From contig CBDCWC010000003.1 in the NCBI GenBank assembly GCA_965223295.1, forward strand, positions 1,312,001 through 1,376,000: 64,000 bases of DNA, written 5' to 3'. This document shows, piece by piece, positions 20,153 to 30,417 of the stretch; the first letter of the stretch is position 1; each line of letters begins with the position of its first letter. A program made the translations under genes and the position numbers. The notes under the pieces were generated by a model. It had not been told where the DNA came from, did no database searches, and was given only the letters and a program-made list of their open reading frames with translations. Source of the stretch: Nitrospirales bacterium (GTDB taxonomy: Bacteria > Nitrospirota > Nitrospiria > Nitrospirales > UBA8639).

Positions 20153-21232
20153 TTATGAAGAGACTGATTCAGGATATTTTGTCGTTCTAATGCTCGAAGA
20201 TTCAGAGCCTAACAAAATGCTAAGCCAATGCGTGGACGGGCTGCTTTCCAATGCAATTTTGACAATCATCGTCATGGGCACCGAAAGTAGCATGCCTATT
20301 GGCCCCCACACCCATCCCCAAAATACTAAGGAAAGAAAGACGACCAATGTGGAGAGCCCAAGTTTGCGACCCATGAGTTTTGGTTCCACGACATTTCCAA
20401 ATATCACATTAAGCACTCCATATCCCAATGCGACTAAGAGCGCACGACCAAGGCCGAATTGAATATATCCCAAGAGCACAGGCGGAACAGCGGCGATGAT
20501 TGAGCCAAGATTGGGAATGAAGTTGAGAAGAAATGCCAAGAGCCCCCAAATCACTGGAAAGTCTATGCCTAAAAAGCCTACCCAGATAGCGACAATGATC
20601 CCCGTTCCCAAGCTGACCAAGGTTTTGATGGCTAAATAATTGTTCACCGCATCAGTGATTTTGCTGAATTGGGAAAATGTGCCTTTGGGATCGCCAAAGG
20701 CTGCGCGTACTTTTTTGGGGAAGCTTGAGGCTTCCAGTAAGATAAAAACAACGGTGAGGAGAATTAAAAAGGAATTGGTCAGGATTCCGCCTAAGCCTGA
20801 GAGCATACGTCCAACTAGCCGCATCGATGCTCCGGGGTCAATGGATTTGAGTAATAATTCCTCATTGAATTGAAAGCCTAGGCCCTGTATCCATTGTAAC
20901 AACGGTCCCATTTCCTCGGTCAGGCGAGTCTGATAACGGGGAAGCGCATCGGAAAAATCTTCCAACGATGTACCAATTAACACAATAAATCCAAATCCCA
21001 ATCCCAGCACCACTAGAACTACTAAAAAAAGAGCTACTGGGGCCGGAATTCCTTTTTCTCTCAACCAAAATATGGGAGAAGCGCTCAAAATAGCCAGAAA
21101 TCCAGAGATTAATAATGGAACGAGAATCGGTTCTGCGGCCCGCATACCTGCCACGACAATGACCAAGCTCGCCAAGGTTAGTAAGACGCGGCTATTGGAG
21201 GTTTGGGAAGAGGGAGATGACGGTGCGTTCAT
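20153..21232 (-). CDS. AI-2E family transporter
   Basis: Multi-TM; WGLLAFLLNFIPNLGS, GNVVEPKLMG, FWGWVWGPIGMLLSVP. Confidence 0.93.
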   Translation of the reverse strand: MNAPSSPSSQTSNSRVLLTLASLVIVVAGMRAAEPILVPLLISGFLAILSASPIFWLREKGIPAPVALFLVVLVVLGLGFGFIVLIGTSLEDFSDALPRYQTRLTEEMGPLLQWIQGLGFQFNEELLLKSIDPGASMRLVGRMLSGLGGILTNSFLILLTVVFILLEASSFPKKVRAAFGDPKGTFSQFSKITDAVNNYLAIKTLVSLGTGIIVAIWVGFLGIDFPVIWGLLAFLLNFIPNLGSIIAAVPPVLLGYIQFGLGRALLVALGYGVLNVIFGNVVEPKLMGRKLGLSTLVVFLSLVFWGWVWGPIGMLLSVPMTMIVKIALESSPSTHWLSILLGSESSSIRTTKYPESVSS

Positions 21233-21252
21233 AGGCTAGGATTGACGATACT

Positions 21253-21477
21253 GGGACTGTTGAAACAAGCCACCAGCGGCATTCCCTGCCTTCGCCGTAG
21301 CGGCTTCGCGCAGGCAGGTCGCCATTTTCCCGTGCTCAGGTCATGCGAGGACGCTCCGCGCGCAAAAAGGTATGTGGCTTTGCCGGATGCACTTTTTTGA
21401 ACTGCCCTGAAGCTGTTGATAGCCGACGTGATCATGAGCAAATTTGCCTCTGGTATTTTGTATTATTCAAAACTTCC
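21253..21477 (-). mobile_element. MITE family A copy 4 (subtype 2, nested CCTGCCTTCGCC...GCAGGCAGG palindrome)
   Basis: GGGACTGTTGAAA...TTCAAAACTTCC; flanks ATACT/ATATT; outer module shared with 34900-35086. Confidence 0.8.
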
Positions 21478-21645
21478 ATATTCGGTGTGATGAGACTTGG
21501 AGAGAATGAGAAACTCGCATCGCTTGCTCTTTCTCATATGATACTCCCTTCTTCGGTTTCTGTCTTGAGGGAAAATGTGGTGCGAAGGATGGAGGATGAA
21601 AGACAAGTTCAGTGAAAGCCTGCCTGTAAGGAGGGATTATGGAAT

Positions 21646-22602
21646 TTATTCCAAGATGGCCTTTTGCCGAAGTTGCAGATATCCGTTTCGAATGGCGCTG
21701 TATAGATCCAGCGTTCCGTCTTCTACACCTTGAAATTTTTCTAATGATAAGGCACGCAGATTGACATTTTCCAAGACGGTCATTCCAAGGCGAGTATAGG
21801 TGATAGTGGGGTCATGTTGGACGAGTCTGGGAGCATCCGCTATTTCAATGATGGGGAAAACCAGCCAATTGAAAGGGTCTAGAAAAGTGTCGCCAATAAA
21901 CCCAAAACCATCTCGTAAGGTGAACGGTCCATAGAAGGGCACCACGAGATAGGGTCCTGGCGGAACGCCATAGCTGCCTAAGGTTTGCCCCAGGTCTTCT
22001 TGAGGCGTATCCAAGTCAAACATGATTTTAGCGGGATCAAACAATCCGCCAACCCCTAAAGTGCTATTGATTAGGAATCGACTCATTTCGATGCCTGCCC
22101 CATGAAACTTCGCCTGAAACACATTGTTTAAGAAGCGAGGGAAAAACCGAAGGTTTTGAAAGACATTCACCACGCTTTGTTGTGCATCAGGAGGAACAAA
22201 GAAATTGTAGGCCCTGGCAGCTGGTTTTAATATATATTTGTCAAATTGGTAGTTAAATTCAAAGACGATGGTATTGACGGGTTCAAAAGGATCATAATCG
22301 TCAATTTGGGCCTCCTGAGCTGTGTCGTCAAAGGGATCAAAGAGTTCATCCTCAAACTCAACATCCTTGCTTAGGGGCAGATTCTCAGAATCCTGTACTG
22401 GAGCTTCAATGTTTTTCTCTAGGTTTTCCAGAGTATGCGAGGGTTGATCGTTTCCAGCGCATCCACCCAATCCCAAAGCCAGGCTTAGAATTAACAGAGC
22501 GGTGGGAGACAGGTGCTGTTTTACATGTCGTAAAAGTTTGGTCTTGTGGATTTCTGAGAGCCGATTCATTATGGCGGAAAGAGCCGTCAAGCTGTGCGTC
22601 AT
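21646..22602 (-). CDS. mlaA: MlaA/VacJ family lipoprotein
   Basis: Lipobox LGLGGC; DPFEPVN, RFLINSTLGVGGLFD, EDLGQTLG, GPYLVVPFYGPFTLRDG; start uncertain. Confidence 0.92.
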   Translation of the reverse strand: MTHSLTALSAIMNRLSEIHKTKLLRHVKQHLSPTALLILSLALGLGGCAGNDQPSHTLENLEKNIEAPVQDSENLPLSKDVEFEDELFDPFDDTAQEAQIDDYDPFEPVNTIVFEFNYQFDKYILKPAARAYNFFVPPDAQQSVVNVFQNLRFFPRFLNNVFQAKFHGAGIEMSRFLINSTLGVGGLFDPAKIMFDLDTPQEDLGQTLGSYGVPPGPYLVVPFYGPFTLRDGFGFIGDTFLDPFNWLVFPIIEIADAPRLVQHDPTITYTRLGMTVLENVNLRALSLEKFQGVEDGTLDLYSAIRNGYLQLRQKAILE

Positions 22603-22984
22603 GTTGAGCAGAAACCTTTAAAATAAGGTGAATAGGGCCTGAAAGACGGGATGAACTCTACCAAAGTCATGTATGTAAGCCAACAAAACCAGCCACTACC
22701 TCTCAGTCCGTGTGAACGTCTTACCTTAAGCGCTCGACAAGAAAAATCTGTGATACCTATGTCTGTAATGTCGGTTTTGCTAACAGGTCGTTACAAAAAA
22801 GAATGCAGTGAAATCATACATTAACGATTTTTTTGCCTTGTTGATGATGATTGCTTTGGTCAACCGTTAATAGATTCGACAACTTTCTTTTTTGATATAT
22901 CACGATGCTCCCTTTCTCATTCACTATTCTCCAACAAAGTATTGTAACGAGCAACAGGCTCTCTTATAGGAAAGCATTTCCTTG

Positions 22985-23001
22985 TTGGCATTTCCTTTGC
23001 T
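22985..23001 (+). promoter_or_regulatory. Sigma54 (-24/-12) promoter candidate
   Basis: TTGGCATTTCCTTTGCT with GG at 22987-88 and GC at 22999-23000 (canonical spacing), about 105 nt before ATG 23106. Confidence 0.6.
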
Positions 23002-23105
23002 CATCTTTGTGCAATGTGAGCAAGGGAGTTCAAAAGGATATCAGTGTCCTTTTTCATGACAGATGCATTATGGACGTTATGACTTTGGACGGAAGGGAGA
23101 CTGGA

Positions 23106-24731
23106 ATGAGCTTATCGGTTCCAACACCAAAAACATCGTGGAATGGTTCTTTTCGAAAAGCTAAGAAGTCATCTCGTCCTGCGGAGCTGTCTCCCAAAAA
23201 GATTCAGGTTGGAGAATCGGCTGCAGGAATTCCTGACAGGCAGCTTCCTCTCTATTTGAAGGAAATTGGACAGGTTAGTCTGCTCGACCGTGATGGAGAA
23301 GTCACGCTCTGTAAAAAGATTGAAGAAGCGAATGACAACATGTTGGAAGCTCTATTCGTCTTGCCAATCACGTTAGAATTTTTGAAAGCGCAACAACTGC
23401 GACTGAGTCAGGGGGAAATTCCTGCCAAGCAATTGGTTCAGAAGGAGAAGGAAGTTACGTTGGATACCGAGGGCGACGAAGCTGAACGCAGTGATTCTCT
23501 GGATCTGCAAGAAGATGAAGATTTCCAGCAATCAGTCATTCAGCACATGGACCAACTCTGTGATTGTATTCAATCGCTGCTTGATTTGGACCTCGCCAAT
23601 TCGACAGGCAACACAACGCTTTCGAACAAGAAAAAGCATTCATCGAGTAAAAAACAATTATTGAAAATCTTAGATTCAGTGAATTGGCATCCGAAGTTTT
23701 TTCAGCATTTAGAAAAACATCTCAAGATTGTGGAAGGGCAACTTGTAGAAGTCCTGAAAAGACTGGGAATGTCGGAGAAAAGTCTGGGTCAAATAGGGTT
23801 TCAACTAAAAGATCTCAATCGCGATTCCTTCACGTTCTCCGATAGGGATCAGGGCCAAAATGATGTGGCTCAACTTCGTGCTCGTCAAGAAGTGATCGAG
23901 CATTTAAAGTATTTGGAAGAGCATCTCTTACACATGCCTTTTGCACATTTCCTGGTAAGAGTACGACAGCTAGAACGAGAAAAGACACGAGTGCATTTCG
24001 CCAAACAGGCCATGTTAGAAGCCAATTTGCGATTGGTGGTCAGTGTGGCAAAGCGATACATCAATCGAGGGATGGATTTGTTGGACCTCATTCAGGAAGG
24101 CAATATTGGGTTAATGCGTGCCGTTGATCGATTTGAATATCAGCGAGGATATAAATTCAGCACGTATGCAACATGGTGGATTCGGCAAGCCATCACTCGT
24201 GCCTTGGCTGATCAATCACGAACCGTTCGAGTTCCAGTGCATGTCTGTGATGCGATGACCCGCGTTCGACGTTCCTGGGACCGGCTGGCCGTTCAGTTAG
24301 GCCGCGAACCAAAACTGGAAGAATTGAGTGTTCTCCTGGATCAACCAGTGGACAAACTCTCGTCCCTCTTAGACGTGACAAAAGGTGCATTGTCTCTCGA
24401 AACACCCGTAGGGGACGAAGAAAATGCCCACTTATCCGATGTTTTGGAAGATCCGACCGCTGTCTCTCCCTTTTATTCAGCTGAGCGAATGGACTTACAA
24501 GAAAAAGTCACTCTGTTATTACAAACATTGACTCCTCGAGAAGCGCATATCATTCGACGGCGTTTCGGGATTGGTGAACTCGAAGATGCAACCTTAGAGG
24601 AAATTGGGCATGAATTTTCCGTTACGCGCGAGCGAATTCGACAAATTGAGGAACGGGCTTTGTCGAAGTTGCGAGAGCCGGAGCGGAATCGAATATTGCG
24701 TCACTATCTTCAACTTGCAAGCTCTGCGTAA
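23106..24731 (+). CDS. rpoD: RpoD-like sigma-70 factor (regions 1.2, NCR, 2, 3, 4; no region 1.1)
   Basis: [47 protein letters not shown]...[10 protein letters not shown]; start at ATG 23106 (GGAAGGGAG) preferred over 22905; probably a paralog. Confidence 0.88.
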   Translation: MSLSVPTPKTSWNGSFRKAKKSSRPAELSPKKIQVGESAAGIPDRQLPLYLKEIGQVSLLDRDGEVTLCKKIEEANDNMLEALFVLPITLEFLKAQQLRLSQGEIPAKQLVQKEKEVTLDTEGDEAERSDSLDLQEDEDFQQSVIQHMDQLCDCIQSLLDLDLANSTGNTTLSNKKKHSSSKKQLLKILDSVNWHPKFFQHLEKHLKIVEGQLVEVLKRLGMSEKSLGQIGFQLKDLNRDSFTFSDRDQGQNDVAQLRARQEVIEHLKYLEEHLLHMPFAHFLVRVRQLEREKTRVHFAKQAMLEANLRLVVSVAKRYINRGMDLLDLIQEGNIGLMRAVDRFEYQRGYKFSTYATWWIRQAITRALADQSRTVRVPVHVCDAMTRVRRSWDRLAVQLGREPKLEELSVLLDQPVDKLSSLLDVTKGALSLETPVGDEENAHLSDVLEDPTAVSPFYSAERMDLQEKVTLLLQTLTPREAHIIRRRFGIGELEDATLEEIGHEFSVTRERIRQIEERALSKLREPERNRILRHYLQLASSA

Positions 24732-24744
24732 CTCTTTTCATGAT

Positions 24745-24813
24745 GGGAGTGTTGAATAGTAAAGATATCAAACGCCATACTTCGCCATGGAGCCCTTGGC
24801 GTTCAACAGACCC
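24745..24813 (+). mobile_element. MITE family A copy 5 (minimal 69-bp form)
   Basis: GGGAGTGTTGAA...TTCAACAGACCC with perfect ATGAT direct repeats on both sides. Confidence 0.8.
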
Positions 24814-24914
24814 ATGATGGATGTCGAATGAAACCTTTTAAGAATTGCACAGTCTCTTTGAACTCTATAACCTGGAGAGCCTCTCGAGGCCGTCGCGTGG
24901 GTGGAAAATAGCCT

Positions 24915-25595
24915 CTAAGAAAAGAGGGGGCTGTTCGATGACGGTGATTTTTGAGCGCTCCCTTCGGCATGTAGCCCCTGACATTCATGGAAATTCGCAG
25001 TAGACGTTCTGGCCTGTAAGAATGTGGCTCCGCTGAGATTGGCTTGTTGAAAATCAGACTCACTCAAGTCGGCTTCTCCAAAGTCAGACCAGGAGCAGTC
25101 AGCCGAAGAAAAATTTGTTCCACGTGCTTGTGCCTGTAGGAATGTGGCCCCACGCAATGTGGCCTGTTGAAACAACGTTCCTGTAAGTTCAGCTTGTTGA
25201 AAATCAGCCCAAATAAGATCGCTTTGTGAGAAGTTAGCCCACGCCAGTTGGCTGCGGTAGAAACGAGCGCCTCGTAAGTTAGCGCCATGAAAGTTTGCCC
25301 CCCGAAGATCTGCGCCTTCGAAATCTGCGCCCGGCAGATAGGCTTCTTGAAAATTGGCATTCCGCAAGTCTTGATGGCGAAAGTCTGCTTCGCGGCGGTC
25401 CGCCTGGAAAAAATCATGAGGAGAGGGTCCCATAGACTCCTCGACACGTTTGGCACCAGGTAGTGAGGAATGTGTTGCTACCGTGTGTTGTGTTCGTTTC
25501 CAAACTTTGTGGGTATCGAGGAGAAACGCTCGATCAGCTTCTAGGTCCGGTATTTCAGAAATAGGCTGGACAGAAGGGTCTTCACGCTCCGACAT
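24915..25595 (-). CDS. Pentapeptide repeat protein
   Basis: Tandem A(D/N)(F/L)xx repeats (ADFRH, ANFQE, ADFEG, ADLRG...). Confidence 0.92.
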   Translation of the reverse strand: MSEREDPSVQPISEIPDLEADRAFLLDTHKVWKRTQHTVATHSSLPGAKRVEESMGPSPHDFFQADRREADFRHQDLRNANFQEAYLPGADFEGADLRGANFHGANLRGARFYRSQLAWANFSQSDLIWADFQQAELTGTLFQQATLRGATFLQAQARGTNFSSADCSWSDFGEADLSESDFQQANLSGATFLQARTSTANFHECQGLHAEGSAQKSPSSNSPLFS

Positions 25596-25844
25596 CAGCT
25601 GGCTCCAAGAGGTGAATAAGAGGTGGCGCAGGCTAAAACAAAAGGAAATTTGTTAAAGTTATACTGTACGAAACCATAGCGAAAATCTATTGATGGGTCT
25701 AGTTCATGCATCGCAATCAGCGAAAATCCATAAAAGTAAACCAACGGGCATTTTATGCTATAACCAGTTCCCATGTTGTGAATGAAACCTAGTGGATTTG
25801 CAACCTCAATTCCCGGGCTAATGTCGAACATCGTGTGAGAAATT

Positions 25845-26519
25845 ATGGACGTCACGAATATTGTGTTCTGGGTTGTTGTTTTGGCGTTGGGCTACGGTAT
25901 ATGGGTGTGGTGGAAAGATGGAAGATCCTTGCGCCCATTCTGTGGAAGAATGCTTCGTTGGATTCGGTCAACTTTAGGTGTGGCCAGTCGGGATGAGGTG
26001 AAACACTTGCACGAACAGCTTAAGCGCATGGAGCAGCAATGGGAGGCCAGGTTGACAAAAGTGGAAGCGACCGCAAAGTTTTCCACCCAGTTGGAATCTG
26101 CTTCCAAAGAGACTGATCGAAGGTTAGGTGAATTGGAAAGATCGAAAAGTCTCAAACCTCTTTCGGAAAATAGACCTGTTTCCCGGCCGCGATCTGTTGT
26201 CCGTTTTGGCCTTCGGCTGACACTTGGTGATGCTCTGTGGGGTCATCTGGGAATGAGCCCGGCTGAAGCAATAGAGGATCGCGTCATCGACTCGGCGCTT
26301 CAGGGCCCATTTTGCCCGGTTTGTCTTAAAAGGGTGGTTGGAAGAAATCGTACGAACCTTTCAGAATGTATTCCTCCACATTGTCGACATTGTGGGGTCT
26401 CTTGGGATAGCCAGGAGCCCGTTGATTTGGATATTTCACTCGTTGATTTCAAACGACAAGTGTATGCACATCTTGATCAAGAATATCGAGCTAATGGAAT
26501 CATTCAGTCCGAGGTGTAG
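25845..26519 (+). CDS. Hypothetical membrane-anchored protein with coiled coil and CxxC...CxxC zinc ribbon
   Basis: N-terminal TM, heptad-rich segment, GPFCPVC...HCRHC. Confidence 0.65.
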   Translation: MDVTNIVFWVVVLALGYGIWVWWKDGRSLRPFCGRMLRWIRSTLGVASRDEVKHLHEQLKRMEQQWEARLTKVEATAKFSTQLESASKETDRRLGELERSKSLKPLSENRPVSRPRSVVRFGLRLTLGDALWGHLGMSPAEAIEDRVIDSALQGPFCPVCLKRVVGRNRTNLSECIPPHCRHCGVSWDSQEPVDLDISLVDFKRQVYAHLDQEYRANGIIQSEV

Positions 26520-26645
26520 TCAAACAACCATCTAGTTTTCATGTCACAATTGTTGAGAAGAGACAACGAGACATTATGCCACTTGTAATGAGGAGCAGGC
26601 CGTGGATCTTGTTTGAGTATAGTGGGGATGCTATAAACCATCAGA

Positions 26646-27341
26646 ATGGCTGTGTGTCCTTCCTGTAAACAAGACAATCCGCCTAATGCTAATTTTTGTG
26701 CGCAATGCGGACAAGCGTTGGTCAAGAATTCTCCTGAACCCGAAATCGATACCGAACCTGCCGCTTCTCCGTCAGCTCCGACCTCGCTGCAACTTTGGGA
26801 AACGTTTATTGGCCCGAGCAAATCCCTCCAATTTTCATGGCAAACATGGTGGACGTGGCGGCCAGCCTTTCTGTATTACAAGGAAAAATTTTCTGATCTC
26901 GAAACTCCTCAAGGGCCACGCTTTGCCTTAAGCTGGAATTGGCCGGCAGCCTTCTTTGATTCCTTTCTGTGGTTCCTTTACCGAAAAATGTACATGTTTG
27001 CGTTGCTGTATGCTGTGGCTCCAGCGCTGGCAATTTTCCTCACCGGGGATATGACGGTCGGAATCGTTTCACGAATTTTGGCAGGGGCGAGTGCCAATTA
27101 CTTGTATTTTTGGCATGTGAAAGATAAGTTGCAACGAATCATGTCTCTTCCAAATATGAATGATGCAGCTCGGGCGGATCTCGTCCGTGAGGAAGGCGGC
27201 GTGCAGCCCTATGTCCTGTGGCTTGGGGCTGCGCTCCATGTCTTTATGTTTGGTCTGTTGGTCGCCGCGATCATTGAAGGACCACCGGAGGGAGATCTTC
27301 CTGTAGGGTCAGAAGAACGACCTGCTCAGAAATTTTTTTAA
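26646..27341 (+). CDS. Zinc-ribbon + DUF2628-like membrane protein
   Basis: CPSCKQDN...FCAQCG; SWNWPAAFF...WFLYRKMY; ANYLY. Confidence 0.8.
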   Translation: MAVCPSCKQDNPPNANFCAQCGQALVKNSPEPEIDTEPAASPSAPTSLQLWETFIGPSKSLQFSWQTWWTWRPAFLYYKEKFSDLETPQGPRFALSWNWPAAFFDSFLWFLYRKMYMFALLYAVAPALAIFLTGDMTVGIVSRILAGASANYLYFWHVKDKLQRIMSLPNMNDAARADLVREEGGVQPYVLWLGAALHVFMFGLLVAAIIEGPPEGDLPVGSEERPAQKFF

Positions 27342-27369
27342 AGCGGGTACGTAGGTATTCCCTAGGTGT

Positions 27370-28200
27370 TTAAGCATCTTGTGGGATTTCGGCCGTTTGC
27401 CAGGCAAACCAGGCTTGAAACCATTCATAGTCGGATTGATATGCGGTGAGTCGTGCATCTTCCTGCCCACTCTTTTCGGTCAGGAGCGTATACGTGCGAG
27501 GCCAATTTTTCGTCCACCAGGACTTGAGTGCTTCCGGTGAGGATAGGGATTCCTCAGATTGAAAAATATTTCCAGCCGCCACCAATTGGGCAATGACTTT
27601 CCATGTGCGATCTTTACCGACCCCCAAACTTTTAAAATGCTCGCGTAATAGGAATACCACCCATAATTCTGCGCTATGCTTTTTGTTATGTTTAAAGGGT
27701 TGAGTTTGCCGAAGTGGAATCGGGTCAAAGTTCTTCACGATAGAGGTATAGTCTGGACCACCATAGTTCCCGATCATTTCAGCAATGCCTTCCACCATGC
27801 TGGCTAACTCCACTTCAACTAGAGGTTTTTGGGGAGATGGCGGAGAGGGTGTAGCTTCGAGAGGGTTTGGTGAGGTGAGCATGTCGATCACTGGTTTAAG
27901 CTCTCGAAGCCGTGCTACCGCAGCTTTTAAAATGTGTGATGATTCGACCCAATAATCAGAATCGTGCTTGGCTGTTCGTTCCTTTCCTTCTGGTGGAAGG
28001 ACAGGAGGAATCCAGTGGCGAATAAGGGTAAACAGAACATAATCTAGATCGCCGCCTTCTTGTGCAGCGCGATCCAGAGCCTGATTCGGGCCGAGGCCGT
28101 GTTGAAAAAATCGTTCTGTACGGTCAGCGACGTGATGGCGCTGAGCTAGCGCGGTCCACCAGTGAGCGAATTGTTGCCATTTGTTAGAATCGGAAATCAT
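27370..28200 (-). CDS. Hypothetical protein
   Basis: Long ORF filling the gap; likely start MISDSNKW at 28200 (track start 28254); no motif recognised. Confidence 0.65.
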   Translation of the reverse strand: MISDSNKWQQFAHWWTALAQRHHVADRTERFFQHGLGPNQALDRAAQEGGDLDYVLFTLIRHWIPPVLPPEGKERTAKHDSDYWVESSHILKAAVARLRELKPVIDMLTSPNPLEATPSPPSPQKPLVEVELASMVEGIAEMIGNYGGPDYTSIVKNFDPIPLRQTQPFKHNKKHSAELWVVFLLREHFKSLGVGKDRTWKVIAQLVAAGNIFQSEESLSSPEALKSWWTKNWPRTYTLLTEKSGQEDARLTAYQSDYEWFQAWFAWQTAEIPQDA

Positions 28201-28272
28201 AAGTGCGAGAGCGTATCCAGAAACCATGGTACGATTCACTGCATGGCAAAGCAAGTGTGAGGAGGAGGCGCA

Positions 28273-28878
28273 ATGTCACAATTAGTGTTGATACGTCATG
28301 GTGAATCCCAGTGGAATTTAGAAAATCGATTTACGGGATGGGTTGACGTGCCGCTCACGTCGAAAGGTGAAGACGAAGCACGGGCGGCTGGAGAAAAGCT
28401 CAAAGCCTTTCAATTTGATCGTGCGTTTACTTCAGTGCTCAAGAGAGCACAGAATACCTTGCGTATTGTGTTGGACGTAATCGGTCAGGCCACAATTCCC
28501 ATTACAGAAGACAAGGCCCTCAATGAACGAATGTATGGGGAACTGCAAGGGTTGAATAAAGCGGAAACGGCTAAAAAATTTGGGGTCGAGCAAGTCAAAA
28601 TCTGGCGGCGGAGTTTTGATGTGCCGCCTCCTGGCGGGGAAAGTCTTAAAGATACCGCTGCACGGGTCCTTCCCTATTACGAACGTTTGATTCGTCCTGA
28701 ACTCGCTGCTCATAAGACTGTCTTGATTGTGGCGCATGGAAACAGCTTACGGTCCTTGGTCATGCATTTGGAGAACTTGTCACGAGACGCGGTGCTTGAA
28801 CTGAATATTCCGACCGGTGCTCCGTTGTTTTATGAGCTGGACGCTCAATGTACCGTGACCGCGCATCGCTATTTGTAA
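28273..28878 (+). CDS. gpmA: 2,3-bisphosphoglycerate-dependent phosphoglycerate mutase
   Basis: RHGESQWN...RFTGWVD, LNERMYG, AHGNSLR; RBS GGAGGAGG. Confidence 0.96.
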   Translation: MSQLVLIRHGESQWNLENRFTGWVDVPLTSKGEDEARAAGEKLKAFQFDRAFTSVLKRAQNTLRIVLDVIGQATIPITEDKALNERMYGELQGLNKAETAKKFGVEQVKIWRRSFDVPPPGGESLKDTAARVLPYYERLIRPELAAHKTVLIVAHGNSLRSLVMHLENLSRDAVLELNIPTGAPLFYELDAQCTVTAHRYL

Positions 28879-28893
28879 ATCTGGAAAGCCGTT

Positions 28894-29280
28894 ATGGGCA
28901 TGATCGTGTTGTTTTTTATCGCCGGCTTATGGATGGCCGATGGTATCGCCCTGATCGTGGCCCCAGAACGTATGATTGCGACATTGCGTCAATCGCTCAT
29001 TGTGGCGCCGGGGTTTTTGAAGTGGGGTGGACTTGCTGGATTATTAGGGGTAGTCTTGATCGTGGCCACCAAAAATGTGGCGTATCAGCCATTGTGGATT
29101 GTAGTCGGTCTCAGCATGGTGGCAAAAGGAATTTTCTTGTATGCTGGTTCCGATGTCTGGCGGTTGCGCATTGTGAAGTGGTGCTTGGAGCGGGAGCCTG
29201 TCGACTATCGTCTGTGGGGGTTGGGATTATGTACCCTCTCGATTCTCCTGTTAGATGCCATGAATTGGGGTCGTGATTAG
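28894..29280 (+). CDS. Small 4-TM membrane protein
   Basis: Hydrophobic ORF 15 bp after gpmA. Confidence 0.75.
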   Translation: MGMIVLFFIAGLWMADGIALIVAPERMIATLRQSLIVAPGFLKWGGLAGLLGVVLIVATKNVAYQPLWIVVGLSMVAKGIFLYAGSDVWRLRIVKWCLEREPVDYRLWGLGLCTLSILLLDAMNWGRD

Positions 29281-29403
29281 AAAAGGGGAAATGTCAAAAG
29301 GAAAAAGTGGCAACTAGAAATTTGTCTTAAAGTTGTTCAGAGAAGACTTTTTCAAGCTATTTACTATTTACTTTTCTCTTCTACCTTCTCACGAAATTAC
29401 CTC

Positions 29404-29697
29404 ATGACCGACGCAGAACGAACAAAATTTGATGAAGTCTGGCAGATGCATCAACAAGCGGATTGGCCAGGTGGCCTTGGCAGTGACGAGGGGCAGCTCA
29501 TGAACCTCGATACTGTGATTGGTGGATGTTTGACCTATTTTTTTGAGGAACATGATTTAGATGAACAACGAGTAGAAATTTTACGTGATTGTCTTGCCGA
29601 ACTCGAGGGAATCGTGGAAGATGTCGCTAGTACCCCCTCCGAGTATTTCAGCCGCTTACAATTTCTTGGAACAACCCTCCTTCAAGACTATTCCTGA
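29404..29697 (+). CDS. Small acidic hypothetical protein
   Basis: 97-aa ORF with a plausible helical pattern. Confidence 0.7.
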   Translation: MTDAERTKFDEVWQMHQQADWPGGLGSDEGQLMNLDTVIGGCLTYFFEEHDLDEQRVEILRDCLAELEGIVEDVASTPSEYFSRLQFLGTTLLQDYS

Positions 29698-29890
29698 TAT
29701 CCAATATGATGCGAATGATTTTCTCTGTCTATGAATCCATTAATATTACGCTGGTGCAATGAACGAGAGGATTGAGTTGGGTGGAATACATTCCACCTCA
29801 CTTAGGAGCCCATTTATGGGTGGCAGAAAAAGTCGGTGAAAGTTTTCACAGGTTGCAACTGTTTTTTATCACACAACAAGGAGGTTTCAC

Positions 29891-30223
29891 ATGGCCAGTT
29901 CGTCAAGCCGGTTCGAAGTCTTTGCAGGGAGAAATGGCAAATTCTATTTTCGCCTTAAAGTGCAAAGTGGAGAAATTATTCTTGCCAGTCAGGGATATGC
30001 CTTACGATCCTCAGCTCGACGGGCCATCCAGTCTGTGCGTGACCATGCGTCAGACAGTGCCTGTTATGTCACAAAGAAAAACAAAGCCGGAAAAACATTT
30101 TTTAACTTAGTGGCTCGCAATTCCAAAGTTATTGGTACCAGTCAGGCTTATGCCTCACCTGCCGGAGCGAAAAAGGGCATCGAAGCCGTAAAAAGGGCGG
30201 CAGGCAAGGCCCCCATCGCATAA
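29891..30223 (+). CDS. yegP: YegP/UPF0339 (tandem DUF1508) protein
   Basis: FYFRLKVQSGEIILASQGY and FFNLVARNSKVIGTSQAY; RBS AGGAGG. Confidence 0.9.
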   Translation: MASSSSRFEVFAGRNGKFYFRLKVQSGEIILASQGYALRSSARRAIQSVRDHASDSACYVTKKNKAGKTFFNLVARNSKVIGTSQAYASPAGAKKGIEAVKRAAGKAPIA

Positions 30224-30417
30224 GATTTTTGAGCAGCGGGGTGCATCAGCACCCCGCGTAAGCCAGCACGAAAAAGTCGTAAGCCAGATAGTTCTTGGGA
30301 GGAAGAGATCTAATCCCTTCACAGGAGCAGTCTAGTTTGACGCTGGAAAAAATGCTGTGGTACCGTGATTTCCTCTGTTGGTCTATAAATTCTCCTGTAT
30401 GAAATAAGGCTGTGGCT

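Noticed and set aside
22905-23105. Track's long N-terminal extension of the sigma factor (similar over-extensions on the 3892 kinase, maf, lysA and rSAM ORFs)
   Set aside because: Downstream starts have better RBS or coupling, and the extensions overlap promoters, MITEs or neighbouring genes
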